A stretch of DNA of 64,000 bases, taken from assembly GCA_964016885.1 (NCBI GenBank), contig OZ024740.1:414594001-414658000 (forward strand), written 5' to 3'. Numbering within the stretch: position 1 is the stretch's first letter; each line of letters starts with the position of its first letter. The DNA comes from Eledone cirrhosa (Eukaryota). Made by a program: the position numbers and the translations under genes. Below, in pieces: positions 44,376 to 57,399 of this stretch. Under the pieces are notes generated by a model, which was given only the letters and a program-made list of their open reading frames with translations, did not search any database and was not told the origin of the DNA.

Positions 44376-44895
44376 TCACAGGAATCAAAGCTATGTTCAA
44401 AGCATTTATTAGCTTACAATTGTTTCATCCAAACCGAGGCTTGGAGTCTTCGGAGCATTTTACAATGTTTGTATACATACATGACCTCCTTTCCAACGCA
44501 AGAGACATGCAGATACATATGTATATATTGATGTACAGTGGGGTGACATATATTATATTATTTCTGAATGGCAATTTAAATTCAAAAATTAAAATCACAT
44601 TAAAACAGAATCAAAGCAAAATTAAAATACAACATCAATGCAAATTTAAAATATAATCGGCAGTTAACGTAGATAATGTAAGAGGATAATTTGTTAGTCA
44701 GTTGTAGTAGTTATTGCATGCATTAGTTACACGTATATAACTGCTCTGTAGAACTGATGTTATTACATTGAGCTATTTATCTTACTGGTAATAAAGTAGT
44801 AATAAATTACTGTCTTTCACTGTTTAGGGTTTAAAATATATATAACTATAAAAAGTTTTAGTATATACATAACCATAAATAGTATCCTTAATACT
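44371..44895 (-). mobile_element. Short hammerhead-bearing element (Penelope pLTR/retrozyme-like), family H3
   Basis: TA-bounded. Homologous in opposite orientation to 63213-63678. Confidence 0.7.
44412..44456 (-). ncRNA. Minimal type I hammerhead ribozyme (CCGAAGA variant)
   Basis: gct-CCGAAGA-c-tccaagcc-tc-ggtttgga-t-GAAA-caattg-TA-agc, with palindromic stem III ACAATTGT. Confidence 0.7.
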
Positions 44896-45320
44896 ATATA
44901 TATATATATATATGATATGTATATACATATATATATATATATGATATGTATATACATGATTTTTGACAGCGGTAAGAAATTTGTTTTCTTATATCAATGT
45001 TTAATGGGCTTCCACTGATGATTTATAAGTGCCCACCTAAATATATTCTTACATGAATATATATTAGGCTTCTACATAAACTGGAAACATTCTCCCAAAC
45101 TTGTAGAAAACTTATAATGAAACAATTGTTTGGAAAGAGAGATATACTTTAACTTTAATTATATCTCATAAAATAATACAACTGGTTTTTCCACATTATA
45201 CATATTGTTAGCACCCCAAACACTTAAATTGGGTTTATATTTTAATATAACCTAATGTTTGTTGAGTGAGATGGTTACCAGTCAGAGTTTAGCTTTAAAC
45301 TATCTCTGTTATTGTATTAC

Positions 45321-45351
<31 letters not shown>

Positions 45352-45519
45352 CATATATATATATATGATATGTATATACACATATATATATATATATATA
45401 TATGATATGTATATACACATATATATATATATATATATATATGATATGTATATACACATATATATATATATATATATGATATGTATATACACATATATAT
45501 ATATATATGATATGTATAT

Positions 45520-45572
<53 letters not shown>

Positions 45573-45843
45573 ATGTATATACACATATATATATATATAT
45601 ATATTGCAAGCAGGGAAAAAGCGGACGTAAAATGAAATGAATATATATGATATGTATATATATATATATATATATATGTATATACACATATATATATATA
45701 TATATATATGATATGTATATACATATATATATATATATGATATGTATATACATATATATATATATATATATAATATGTATATACATATATATATATATAT
45801 ATATATAATATGTATATACATATATATATATATATATAATATG

Positions 45844-45874
<31 letters not shown>

Positions 45875-46461
45875 GATTGTATATACATATATATATATAT
45901 ATATATAATATGTATATACATATATGTATATATGATATGTATATACATATACAACAACAGCAACAACACCATCGTCTGTGTTGAATGTGTGTGTATGTAT
46001 TTGTATATATGCGACAGCAATAACAGCATCAACACCATTGTCTGCAGCAACAGCAGCAGTGAAATGAAGGACAACAACAACAGTAACAACTACAATAACA
46101 ACTACAGCACCAACAACTGCCACCACCACCACGCTGATACCATCCACCACCACCACACTGACACCATCCACCACCGCCATTACCAGCGTAAACAAACAAT
46201 TATTATTGTTATTGTTATTATATACAAGCCGAACTGGACTGGGAAAGGTCAACAGTTGACATGATAGTGATTTTGACGATTTTGACTTTGATTTTGATTT
46301 TGTATCAGTACTGTCGGTAATATATGTATATATATGTTTGTGAGTGGTGTGCGTGATTGTATGCATGAATGAGTGTTGGTATGTGTGGTTGTGGTTTGTA
46401 TGCATGAGTATTAGTGTGTGAGTCGTGTCAATAAGTTTTTTTTTTTTTTTTTTTTTTTTTT

Positions 46462-49400
46462 CTAAATGACCATGCTGTAAAATGGAAGGGTAGAGAGGGC
46501 CCTTGAGTCTAGTAAGACATCCTCTCTAGTGCTGGTGGCACAAATAAAAGCACCCAGCCCGTGCTGTAAAGTGGCGCTGGTGTTAGGAAGGGCATCCAAC
46601 CAGTGTATCAATGCCAAAAAGCTTATCAGCACAGCAACAAAACAGCATAGAAAAATATGAAGACGTCGCATCTCAGAGTTGCAACACTTAATGTTGGCAC
46701 TCTCAGAGGTAGATCTGCTGAAATAGCGGAGATGCTGGAGAGAAGGCAGGTGGATGTGTGCTGCGTGCAAGAGGTGAGATGGAGAGGTGCCTCTGCGAGA
46801 CTAGTCGTAGGCAAGCGTCTTAGCTATAAGCTATTCTGGGTAGGTAAGGATGATGGGTTAGGGGGAGTAGGCATTTTCCTGGCTGAGAAATGGATCAATA
46901 AGACAATAGAGGTAGTTCGAGTTAGTAATCGAATAATTAAGCTTAGATTAGTTGTAGGTAGGAGACTACTGACAATCATCTCGGTCTATGCTCCCCAAGC
47001 AGGCCTAGGCAAAGATGAGAAAGACTGCTTTTATGAGCAACTCTTGCAAACAACCACAATGACAGAGGACGGAGACATCGTTATGCTAGCAGGAGACTTC
47101 AATGGTCATGTTGGACAGCTCCAGGATGGTTACACTGGGGTACATGGTGGGCACGGTTATGGTTCAAGAAATGAAGAAGGATTGAGATTTCTTGAATTTT
47201 GTGATGCAAGTACATTGACTATTTGCAACACAAACTTCCAGAAACCTGCCAATCACCTAATAACCTACAAATCTGGTGAGCACATAAGCCAGATTGACTT
47301 CCTGCTAGTTAGGCAGCGAGACAGGCAGATAGTGTCTAATACCAAGGCATACCCTGGGGAAGAATGTACCCCACAGCATAGGTTAGTTGTTAGTGATATC
47401 TCAGTAAGCAAGAGATGGAATGAGACATATAGGAAGGTGTGGAGAAGAAAGGTCTGGAAGCTAAAAGACCTTTCACTAAAATTCAAATTTAGGAAAGCCC
47501 TTCAAGATGTATATGACGAAAAAGAAGACGATTTAGAGACGTATGACATAGATAATAACTGGAAGTTCTTACGTGACAACTTGCTGAAGGCTACTGATGA
47601 AACCTGTGGCTGGAGCAGAGCTCCAACCAGACAGAGAGTGACCTGGTGGTGGAACAGCAGTGTAGATAAGGCTATTAGAGACAAAAGACTAGCATGGAAG
47701 GCTTGGAATAAGGGTGGGAGTAGGGAAGAATATACAGCCACTAAGAGAGAAGCTAGACGTCAGGTGTACTTAGCACGCAGGGAGGCAGAGAGTAGGAGGT
47801 TTGCCAATGTTCTGCGACGGGAAGATCAGAGGCGTGCGGTGTTCCACATTGCAAGGCAGTGTGTTAATGCAAATCAGGATGTTGTTGGTGATAAATGTGT
47901 CCGGGATGATGCCGGTGTACTTAGTGTCACGAATGACCAGAAAAAGGAGGCCTGGAAATGTCATTATGAGAGACTGATGAATGTGGAGAACGAATGGGAG
48001 AGAGAGAAATTACCCTTGGTAGATCCGACTGAGGGACCAGCTATTGAGATTGACTAATATAGGGTCCAAGAGGCGATTAGGGAAATGAAAAATGGTAAGG
48101 CGGCCGGACCATCGGGAATAGTTGCTGAGATGCTGAAGGCATCAGGGGACGTAGGCACTAAACTGGTTGCACGCATAATCAATCAGGCTATATATGGTGG
48201 TGTCATACCCAAAGACTGGTGCAGCAGTATTCTCATAAATTGCTACAAAGGTAAAGGGGATGCTTTGGAGAGGAGCAATTATAGGGGTATAAAACTGATA
48301 GATCAGGTTATGAAAGTGGCAGAAAGGATTCTAGCACAACTAATTAGAGAAAGGGTCAAACTAGATGAGATGCAGTTTGGTTTTGTGCCTGGGAAGAGTA
48401 CAACAGATGCCCTCTTCTTGGTGAGACAAATGCAAGAGAGGTTCTTAGAGAAGAATAAGCCACTATACTTAGCCTTTGTTGACCTAGAGAAGGCCTTTGA
48501 TAGGGTACCCCGATCTGTCATCTGGTGGTCCCTAAGGAAGCTGGGTGTTGAGGAATGGCTTGTAAGGACAGTGCAAACTTTGTACAGAGGTACTCTCAGT
48601 AAAGTCAGGGTAGGAATGGAGTTTAGTGAGGAATTCCAGATACAAGTAGGAGTACATCAGGGTTCGGTCCTCAGCCCGCCCTTGTTCATTATAGTCCTCC
48701 AAGCCATAACAGAGGAGTTTAAGACTGGCTGTCCATGGGAACTTCTCTATGCTGACGATCTGGCTCTTATGGCAGAATCAGTAGAGGAGCTAGAGAATAA
48801 ATTCCGGCTATGGAAACAGCAGTTGGAAGCAAGAGGACTGAGAGTAAATCTAGCTAAGACAAAAGTGTTGATGAGTAGAAAAGAGGACAAAACCCTGATT
48901 CCGTCAGGGAAATGGCCATGTTCGATATGCAGAAAAGGAACTGGCATAAATTCTATAAAATGCACACAATGTAGGTCCTGGGTACACAAGAGATGTAGCG
49001 GGATAGCAGGCAAACTCACAGGTAGGGAGAAATATGTATGCAGTAGATGTACAGGGAAATTAGACAGTAGAAGTCGCACTGATAGACACATTTTTCAAAT
49101 GCGAGAAGGCGCTATAGAAGTGGTGGATAGCTTCCGGTACCTAGGAGATCAGATTAGCATGTGAGGAGGGTGTTCCGAGGCCATAGTATCTAGAATAAGG
49201 ACGGGTTGGAAGAAGTTTAGGGAGCTGCTTCCTCTGTTGACGAAGAAGGGTTTCTCCGTGCGTACGAAAGGCCGGTTGTATGATGCCTGTGTGAGGAGCG
49301 CGATGCTGCATGGTAGTGAGACATGGGCAGCTACCGCAGAAGATATGCGACGGCTGGAGAGAAATGAGGCAAGCATGCTCCGTTGGATGTGCAGTGTAAA

Positions 49401-49735
49401 TGTGCGTGAACGACCCAGCATAAATGTGTTGAGAGAGAAACTGTGTCTGAGAGGGATAGAATGTAGTGTACGGGAGAGGAGACTGAGGTGGTATGGACAT
49501 GTGATGCGCATGGAGGATGACCGATGGGTGAAGAAGTGCCAGGAAATGCCAGTTGAAGGAAGACGTGGTAGAGGTAGACCACGAAAAACATGGGCGGAGG
49601 TGGTGAGAACAGACCTCAGATCATTGAAGCTCACGGTGGAGATGACGAGGGACCGTGACGAGTGGAGAGATGCTGTGCTGAATAAGACCCGTCCCACCCT
49701 TGCAAGCAGGGAAAAGCGGACGTAAAATGATGATG

Positions 49736-49736
<1 letters not shown>
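46462..49736 (+). mobile_element. Near full-length RTE LINE, family A
   Basis: ~195-nt 5' UTR after a T26 run, a single ORF, and the tail GCAAGCAGGGAAAAGCGGACGTAAA(ATG)n running into (TA)n. Confidence 0.97.
46657..49725 (+). pseudogene. RTE ORF: APE endonuclease + reverse transcriptase with C4HC3 finger, ~1022 codons, two premature stops
   Basis: APE motifs ATLNV, CVQEVR, SVYAPQ, GDFNGHVG, QIDF and PQHRLV. RT motifs KAFD, QGSVLSP and YADD. The three track ORFs share one frame, interrupted by TAA at 48055 and TGA at 49162. Confidence 0.95.
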
Positions 49737-50665
<929 letters not shown>

Positions 50666-51322
50666 TAATAAAGTATATATCCCTACACGCAAAAAGCGTC
50701 TAGGGACACATGTATTGTCCAACCATATGCCAATGTGGTTCAATGGCAGGTTAATAAATTAACGAGCCAGAACATATATAATCAAGGTTTAGCAAATAAG
50801 AAAAAGCTTCAAAATAAATTTTTAAAAATTCACTGTATCATATATGTTCTGGCTCGTTAATTTATTAATCTGCCATTGAACCACATTGGCATATGGTTGG
50901 ACAATACATGTGTCCCTGGACGCTTTTTGCGTGTAGGGATATATACTTTATTATTATTATTCTCCTCTTGGTCGAGATAAAATTTGGTCGTTCTGACTGC
51001 TGCTATTTATAGTGGTAGTAGACTGACCTCCCTGCCTCTGCTTCTATCTTTACACACTGCACTGGACAGAATTGCTTCCACATCATTCATTCTCATCTCG
51101 GGAACAATTTTGAATAGCGCCAGTTCGTAATTTGAACTCGGGAATTTTATATTCTCCGAGTGAAAAGAACCTTCTGACGAGAGTTTATCTTTTCAATGGA
51201 AGGTCGCAAGGACATTCCATTTATTTTTGAGACTCGAAACCGATTCGGTAAAGGTAACCATAGTGAGTACAGTGAATTTTAAAAAATTTATTTTGAAACT
51301 TTTTCTTATTTGCTAAACCTTG

Positions 51323-51326
<4 letters not shown>
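50666..51326 (+). mobile_element. Hammerhead element H1: ~487-bp monomer preceded by an inverted copy of its tail-to-head junction
   Basis: 50666-50779 is the reverse complement of 50840-50953. 50780-50837 is the reverse complement of 51268-51326. Confidence 0.85.
51169..51255 (+). ncRNA. Type I hammerhead ribozyme with extended stem II
   Basis: acctt-CTGACGA-gagttt...agactc-GAAA-ccg-att-cgg-TA-aaggt. All three stems pair, and the predicted cleavage is after GUA at 51250. Confidence 0.88.
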
Positions 51327-51403
<77 letters not shown>

Positions 51404-51442
51404 GATATGTATATACATATATATATATATATATATGATATG

Positions 51443-51473
<31 letters not shown>

Positions 51474-51479
51474 GATATG

Positions 51480-51520
<41 letters not shown>

Positions 51521-51884
51521 TATACATATATATATATATATATATGATATGTATATACATATATATATATCAACTGGAGGTCCAATACACAAACATATAT
51601 ACATACATGCACACCACCAAACTAACCTTGTTTCAAGCTTTATATAAAAGAATGTGGTATGCATATAATATCCATTGCTAGGAACAAATTTATTAATCCC
51701 TTTGATACTGACCCAACCAAAACTACCTCATTTTATGTAACAACCACTCATTTTAACCCTTTAGCATTTACGTATATACATATATATATATATGATATGT
51801 ATATACATATATATATATATATATGATATGTATATACATATATATATATATGATATCTATATACATATATATATATATATATAT

Positions 51885-52109
51885 TATATAATGTATTTTG
51901 CAATACACTTTATGCTTAATTAAAAGCATTTTGAAGACTGCATGCTATTGTTTTAGAGTAGTGACAAACTCACTTACTTTAATCTCAGCAAACTCCCCTT
52001 GTTTGCTGAGATTAAAGTAAGTGAGTTTGTCACTACTCTAAAACAATAGCATACAGTCTTCAAAATGCTTTTAATTAAGCATAAAGTGTATTGCAAAATA
52101 CATTATATA
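51885..52109. repeat. Near-perfect hairpin: 109-bp arms, 7-nt loop
   Basis: 51885-51993 versus 52001-52109, with one mismatch seen and loop TCCCCTT. Bounded by TA arrays. Confidence 0.93.
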
Positions 52110-52378
52110 TACATTCATATATATATTGCTATTTCAGAGCTCCAATTCTAATTTTTATATATATATATATATAATATGTATATACATATATATATGATAT
52201 GTATATACATATATATATATATATATGATATGTATATACATATATATATATGATATGTATATACATATATATATATATGATATGTATATACATATATATA
52301 TATATGATATGTATATACATATATATATATATATGTATATACATATGTATATATATATATATATATATATATGATATG

Positions 52379-52419
<41 letters not shown>

Positions 52420-52421
52420 TG

Positions 52422-52461
<40 letters not shown>

Positions 52462-52471
52462 ATGTATATAC

Positions 52472-52502
<31 letters not shown>

Positions 52503-52516
52503 TGATATGTATATAT

Positions 52517-53938
52517 TGTTCTTAGCCCCCTACTATTAATTATTGCCCTTCAGGCTATAACAGAGGAGTTCAAGACCGGCTGCCCATGGGAACTCCTATA
52601 CGCAGATGATCTAACGCTCATAGCTGAATCAATGGCCGAGCTAGAGAAGAAATTCCAAACATGGAAGCACGGCCTAGAATCAAAAGGCCTTAAAATTAAC
52701 CTGGTTAAGACTAAAGTTCTAGTTTGTAGGAAAGAAAATAAGGCGCCGGTCCCCTCCGGGAAATGGCCATGCTCAGTGTGTAGGAAAGGCGTAGGTAGAA
52801 ACTCCATTTTATGTCCCAAATGCAAAGTATGGGTGCATAAAAGATGTAGTGGGATCACAGGTAAGCTAACTAAGAACATAGATTTTACATGTGGCCGGTG
52901 CTCTGGTGCAATAAGTAGCAGTAAGTGCCCATAAAATAATAGCTCTTTCAATTGCGCAGAGGGTTCTATAGAAATAGTGGACAGCTTCCGTTACCTGGGT
53001 GACAAAATCAGCAGTGGGGGAGGGATGCTCTGAAAGTACAGTAGCTAGAGTCAGAACTGGATGGAAAAAGTTCAGAGAGCTTATACCACTATTAGCCGCT
53101 AAAGGGTTCTCCCTAAAAATGAAAGGCAGGTTGTACGATGCCTGCATACGAACAGCAATGTTGCATGGCAGTGAGACCTGGGCATTGTGTGCAGAGGATA
53201 TACGCAGACTAGAGAGGAACGAAGCTTGCATGCTCCGCTGGATGTGTAACAGTAATATACGTGAACGGCAAAGCATAAACGAACTAAGGAAAAAATTAGA
53301 AATAAGAGGGATCAGATGTTGTTTACTCGAGAGAAGGCTACGTTGGTATGGTCACGTAATGCGCATGAAAGACGACAGCTGTATAACAAAGTGCAGGGCA
53401 ATAAAGATAGACGGTAGCCACGGAGTAGGCAGACCCAGAAAAACCTGGGACGAGCTGATAAATTCCGACCTCACACCCTTACACCTCTCCAAGACAATGT
53501 CACTGGACCGAGACCTTTGGCGGTACTCAGTAATAGAGAAGACCCGCCTTACCTAAATACAAAGTAAAACCTACTACAGTCAGTAGGCATCTCTAACAAA
53601 ATACACCCCCATCCCACCACCTCCACCCATCCACACCGCCCCTTTCAATGTAAAGTTATGTTGGTGCCACAACATCCAGGCCGAAACAAATGAGATTGTG
53701 TAGGTGTCACGACAAAAAAACACACAGTCCACTCTGTAATGTGGCCGTGTAGGCAACACGGTAAAAACCTCCCAGCCCCACACTGTAAATGTGGTTGGTG
53801 TTAGGAAGGGCATCCAGCTGTAGAAAACCCGCCAGACAGTCCTATGCGAGCAACGACAACCACTCTTGCCTCAAGTGGGAAAACTCCCGCCCAAACCCAT
53901 GCAAGCGTGGAACATGGACGTTAAACGATGATGATGAT
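52517..53938 (+). mobile_element. RTE family B 5'-truncated copy
   Basis: Runs from VLSPLL through YADD and the C4HC3 finger. It has a premature stop at 52932 and a frameshift near 53020, followed by the 3' UTR and tail. Confidence 0.95.
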
Positions 53939-53976
53939 ATATATATATATATATATATGATATATATATATATATA

Positions 53977-54045
<69 letters not shown>

Positions 54046-54048
54046 ATG

Positions 54049-54091
<43 letters not shown>

Positions 54092-54285
54092 CGTTTCTGA
54101 ATTCGTTTAGCAAGATTCTTTATCTGAAAACGTGTGTTGAAACCGATAGTTATACTTTGGAAGGGTCATGTTTCCAATAAGAAACACACGCACCAGATGC
54201 TTTCACTTCAATTTATTATAATAAATTTATAAATTTCCGGTTGGTTGGTTGGTTGGTTCCACAACCAGATGGTTGTTTATATATT

Positions 54286-54328
54286 GTCAAAGTTCTTTCG
54301 TCACACATTCTGTGACCTCTTCAGTGAC
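54286..54328 (-). ncRNA. Minimal type I hammerhead (left arm)
   Basis: gtca-CTGAAGA-g-gtcac-agaatgt-gtgac-GAAA-gaac-TT-tgac. Confidence 0.7.
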
Positions 54329-54402
54329 TGGGGACACACAAAAACAAGATGGCGTAGGACAGAACAAAGGAGAAGCACAAAAAACAAAGAAAAGAATCCC
54401 CA

Positions 54403-54445
54403 GTCACTGAAGAGGTCAGAGAATGTGTGACGAAAGAACTTTGAC
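54403..54445 (+). ncRNA. Minimal type I hammerhead (right arm)
   Basis: gtca-CTGAAGA-g-gtca-gagaatgtg-tgac-GAAA-gaac-TT-tgac. Confidence 0.68.
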
Positions 54446-54591
54446 AATATATAAACAACCATCTGGTTGTGGAACCATCCAACCAACCGGAAATTTATAA
54501 ATTCCAAAATTTATAAATTTATTATAATAAATTGAAGTGAAAGCAACTGGTGCGTGTGTTTCTTATTGGCAACATGACCCTCCCAAAGTAT

Positions 54592-54628
<37 letters not shown>

Positions 54629-54631
54629 ATG

Positions 54632-54671
<40 letters not shown>

Positions 54672-54691
54672 ATGTATATACGTATATATAT

Positions 54692-54968
54692 ATCATCATC
54701 ATCATCATTTTACGTCCGCCTTTCCCTGCTTGCAAGGGTGGGACGGGAACTGATTCTGGCTTGATTTCTACAGCTGGATGCCCTTCCTAACGCCAACCTC
54801 ATTTACAGTGAGTGCTGGGTGCTTTTTTGCCGTGGCACCTCCACGACCACTTTGCAGTGGAATGATATGGACCCCAGTCCCTATCATCTCATTTCTACAG
54901 CTGAGTAAACTGGAGCAATGTGAAATAAAGTGTCTTACTCAAGGAAACAACACATCACTCGGTCTGAT
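54692..54968 (-). mobile_element. 5'-truncated copy of the RTE-A-tailed SINE
   Basis: Highly similar to 34793-35070 but lacks the A-box. Confidence 0.88.
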
Positions 54969-55007
54969 AATTGATATATATATATGTATATATATATATA
55001 TGATACG

Positions 55008-55064
<57 letters not shown>

Positions 55065-55068
<4 letters not shown>

Positions 55069-56657
55069 TCATCATCATCATCATCACCGTTTTACGTCCG
55101 TTCTTCCACGCTAGCATGGGTTAGACGGGTTGTCCTGTTGTGGGCAGTGTCTGGTCGGCTGACCATGCCTTGCTCATACAGGAACTGATCTGGCTTGATT
55201 TCTACAGCTGGATGCCCTTCCTAACACCAACCTCATTTACAGTGAGTGCTGGGTGCTTTTTCGTGGCGCCTACACGTCCACTTTACAGTGTGGGCTGGGT
55301 GCTTTTTTGCCGTGGCACCTCCACGACCACCTTGCGGTGGGGGGGGGGGGCATATTGTTTATATGCTTCAGCATGTACCCATGGGAGGTCGGGTACCCTG
55401 TATTACTGCGTGACGCCAGAAGTCACGGTCGTGTGTCATTGACTTTGAGAGGTGTAGTTGGGTAAGGTCGGCTTTTATCACCTCATCCCAAGTCATCTTG
55501 GGTCTCCCCACTCCGCGGTTTCCATCAACTTCTAGTGCTCTGCACCTTTTTATGCAGCTGTCATCCTTCATACGCATCACATGTCCATACCAGCGTAACC
55601 GCCTCTCCTGCACGCAGCATTTGATTCCTCTTATGCTCAGTCTCTCTCTCAATTCATTTATGCTTTGTCGTTCACGTATATTACTGTTACACATCCATCG
55701 GAGCATGCAGGCTTCGTTTCTCTCTAATCTACATAGGTCTTCCACCTTCAGCGCCCAGGTCTCACTACCATGCAACATCGCTGTTCGGATACACGCATCA
55801 TACAGTCTGCCTTTCATTCTGAGGGAGAAGCCTTTTGCAGCTAGCAGTGGTAGTAGTTCCCTAAACTTCTTCCATCCCGTTCTTACCCTAGTTATTGTAC
55901 TTTCTGAGCACCCACCTCCGTTGCTAATTCGGTCACCTAGGTAGCAGAAGCTGTCTACTGTTTCTACAGGGCCCTCCCAGAGATTGGTGGTACTTGTTTC
56001 CTGTGGCTGTTTGCTTGCTGTTTCAGCACAGCTGCTGCATGTGAATCCTACATTCTTAATTAAGCTTCCTGAGATCCCGCTACATCTCTTGTGTACCCAT
56101 TGTTTGCATTTGGGGCAAAGAATGGAGTTCCTACCTACACCTTTCCTACATACTGAGCAAGGCCATTTCCCTGAGGGGATCTGGGTTCTGTTTTCTCGTC
56201 TACTTATAAGGACCTTAGTCTTTGTCATGTTGACTTTGAGGCCCTTTCGCTCTAGTCCCTGCTTCCAGGTTTGGAATTTATTCTCTAGTTCTACCATAGA
56301 TTCAGCTATGAGTGCGAGGTCATCAGCATACAGGAGTTCCCATGGGCATCCGGTCTTAAACTCCTCCGTTATTGCCTGCAGGACTATGATGAACAGGAGA
56401 GGGCTAAGAACAGAGCCCTGGTGGACCCCAACCTGTACGCTAAATTCCTCGCTATACTCATTGCCAATCCTAACTTCTGACTGCTCCCCTATACATGGCT
56501 TGTACCGCTTTCACAAGCCATTCATCTACTCCTAGTTTTCTAAGAGCCCACCAGATTACTGCACGTGGAACTCTGTCAAAGGGTTTCTCAAGGTCGACAA
56601 ATGCCAAGTAGAGTGGCTTACTTTTAGCTAGGTACTTTTCCTGTAATTGCCTCACAA
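55065..56657 (-). mobile_element. RTE family C 5'-truncated copy
   Basis: RQLQEKYLAK..FVDLEKPFD, a frameshift near 56480, YADD, the C4HC3 finger, and the ORF end at 55368. The tail reads (CAT)n on the plus strand. Confidence 0.96.
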
Positions 56658-56663
56658 TATATA

Positions 56664-57329
56664 TTTAAAGCGATGAAATACCAATGAAGGTTGGAAGATC
56701 ACTGATGAAGGACTAACTTTATTCATATGTAACCCATTTGCAACCACGCAGCACGTTTGTTTTCATATTCACACATATATTTTCCTCCGCTGTGACCCGT
56801 CTATTTCGTTCTTACTGCTTCCTCTTTCTCTGTATCTTTCACCTCCCTTTACCCTCTCTAACAGTCACTCACTCTCTGCTACTACCTCTCCTACTTCCTC
56901 CCGTTTGACCTGTGCGTAATTCTTTTCTCGCGCACGCTTGACCAGGCTGGTTGTTCCTTTTTTCTCTCTTGTCTACAATTTCACTGAACTTATGTTCACC
57001 GAATTCAGGGACTAGACTCCGTCTTCCTCCCGTTTGACCTGTGCAGAATTCCTTCCTTGCTCACATTTAGACTAGGTTTGATGGTCTTTATTCTCTCTCG
57101 TTCACGATTTCACCGAACTTATATTCATAGAAATCTGGGACTTGACTCTTTCTTCCTCACTTTTCGTTGCATTACCATCTTTGATTGTTTACAGTCTCAT
57201 TCGTTCCCCTTATCTACGTGTCCCAACGATTTTCTTTAGCCGTTGCTTGCACCAACCGGAGGTATATGATCTTTAAAGCGATGAAATACCAATGAAGGTT
57301 GGAAGATCACTGATGAAGGACTAACTTTA

Positions 57330-57336
<7 letters not shown>
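56664..57336 (+). mobile_element. 608-bp unit with 65-bp terminal direct repeat containing CTGATGA (pseudo-LTR-like)
   Basis: TTTAAAGCGATG...GATCACTGATGAAGGACTAACTTTATTCATAT is identical at 56664-56728 and 57272-57336. An internal diverged 129-bp tandem starts at 56894 and 57023. Confidence 0.7.
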
Positions 57337-57372
<36 letters not shown>

Positions 57373-57399
57373 ATGTATATATACATATATATACATATA

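Larger units (their letters stand above)
54090..54594. mobile_element. Hammerhead element H2: fold-back with ~190-bp arms, each carrying a hammerhead
   Basis: 54149-54334 is the reverse complement of 54397-54594 (small indels), with a ~62-bp spacer. TA-bounded. Confidence 0.85.

Noticed and set aside
49162-49164. In-frame TGA in RTE-A as possible readthrough
   Set aside because: Families B and C have Gly here (GGA to TGA is one change), and a TAA is also present upstream, so this is simple decay.
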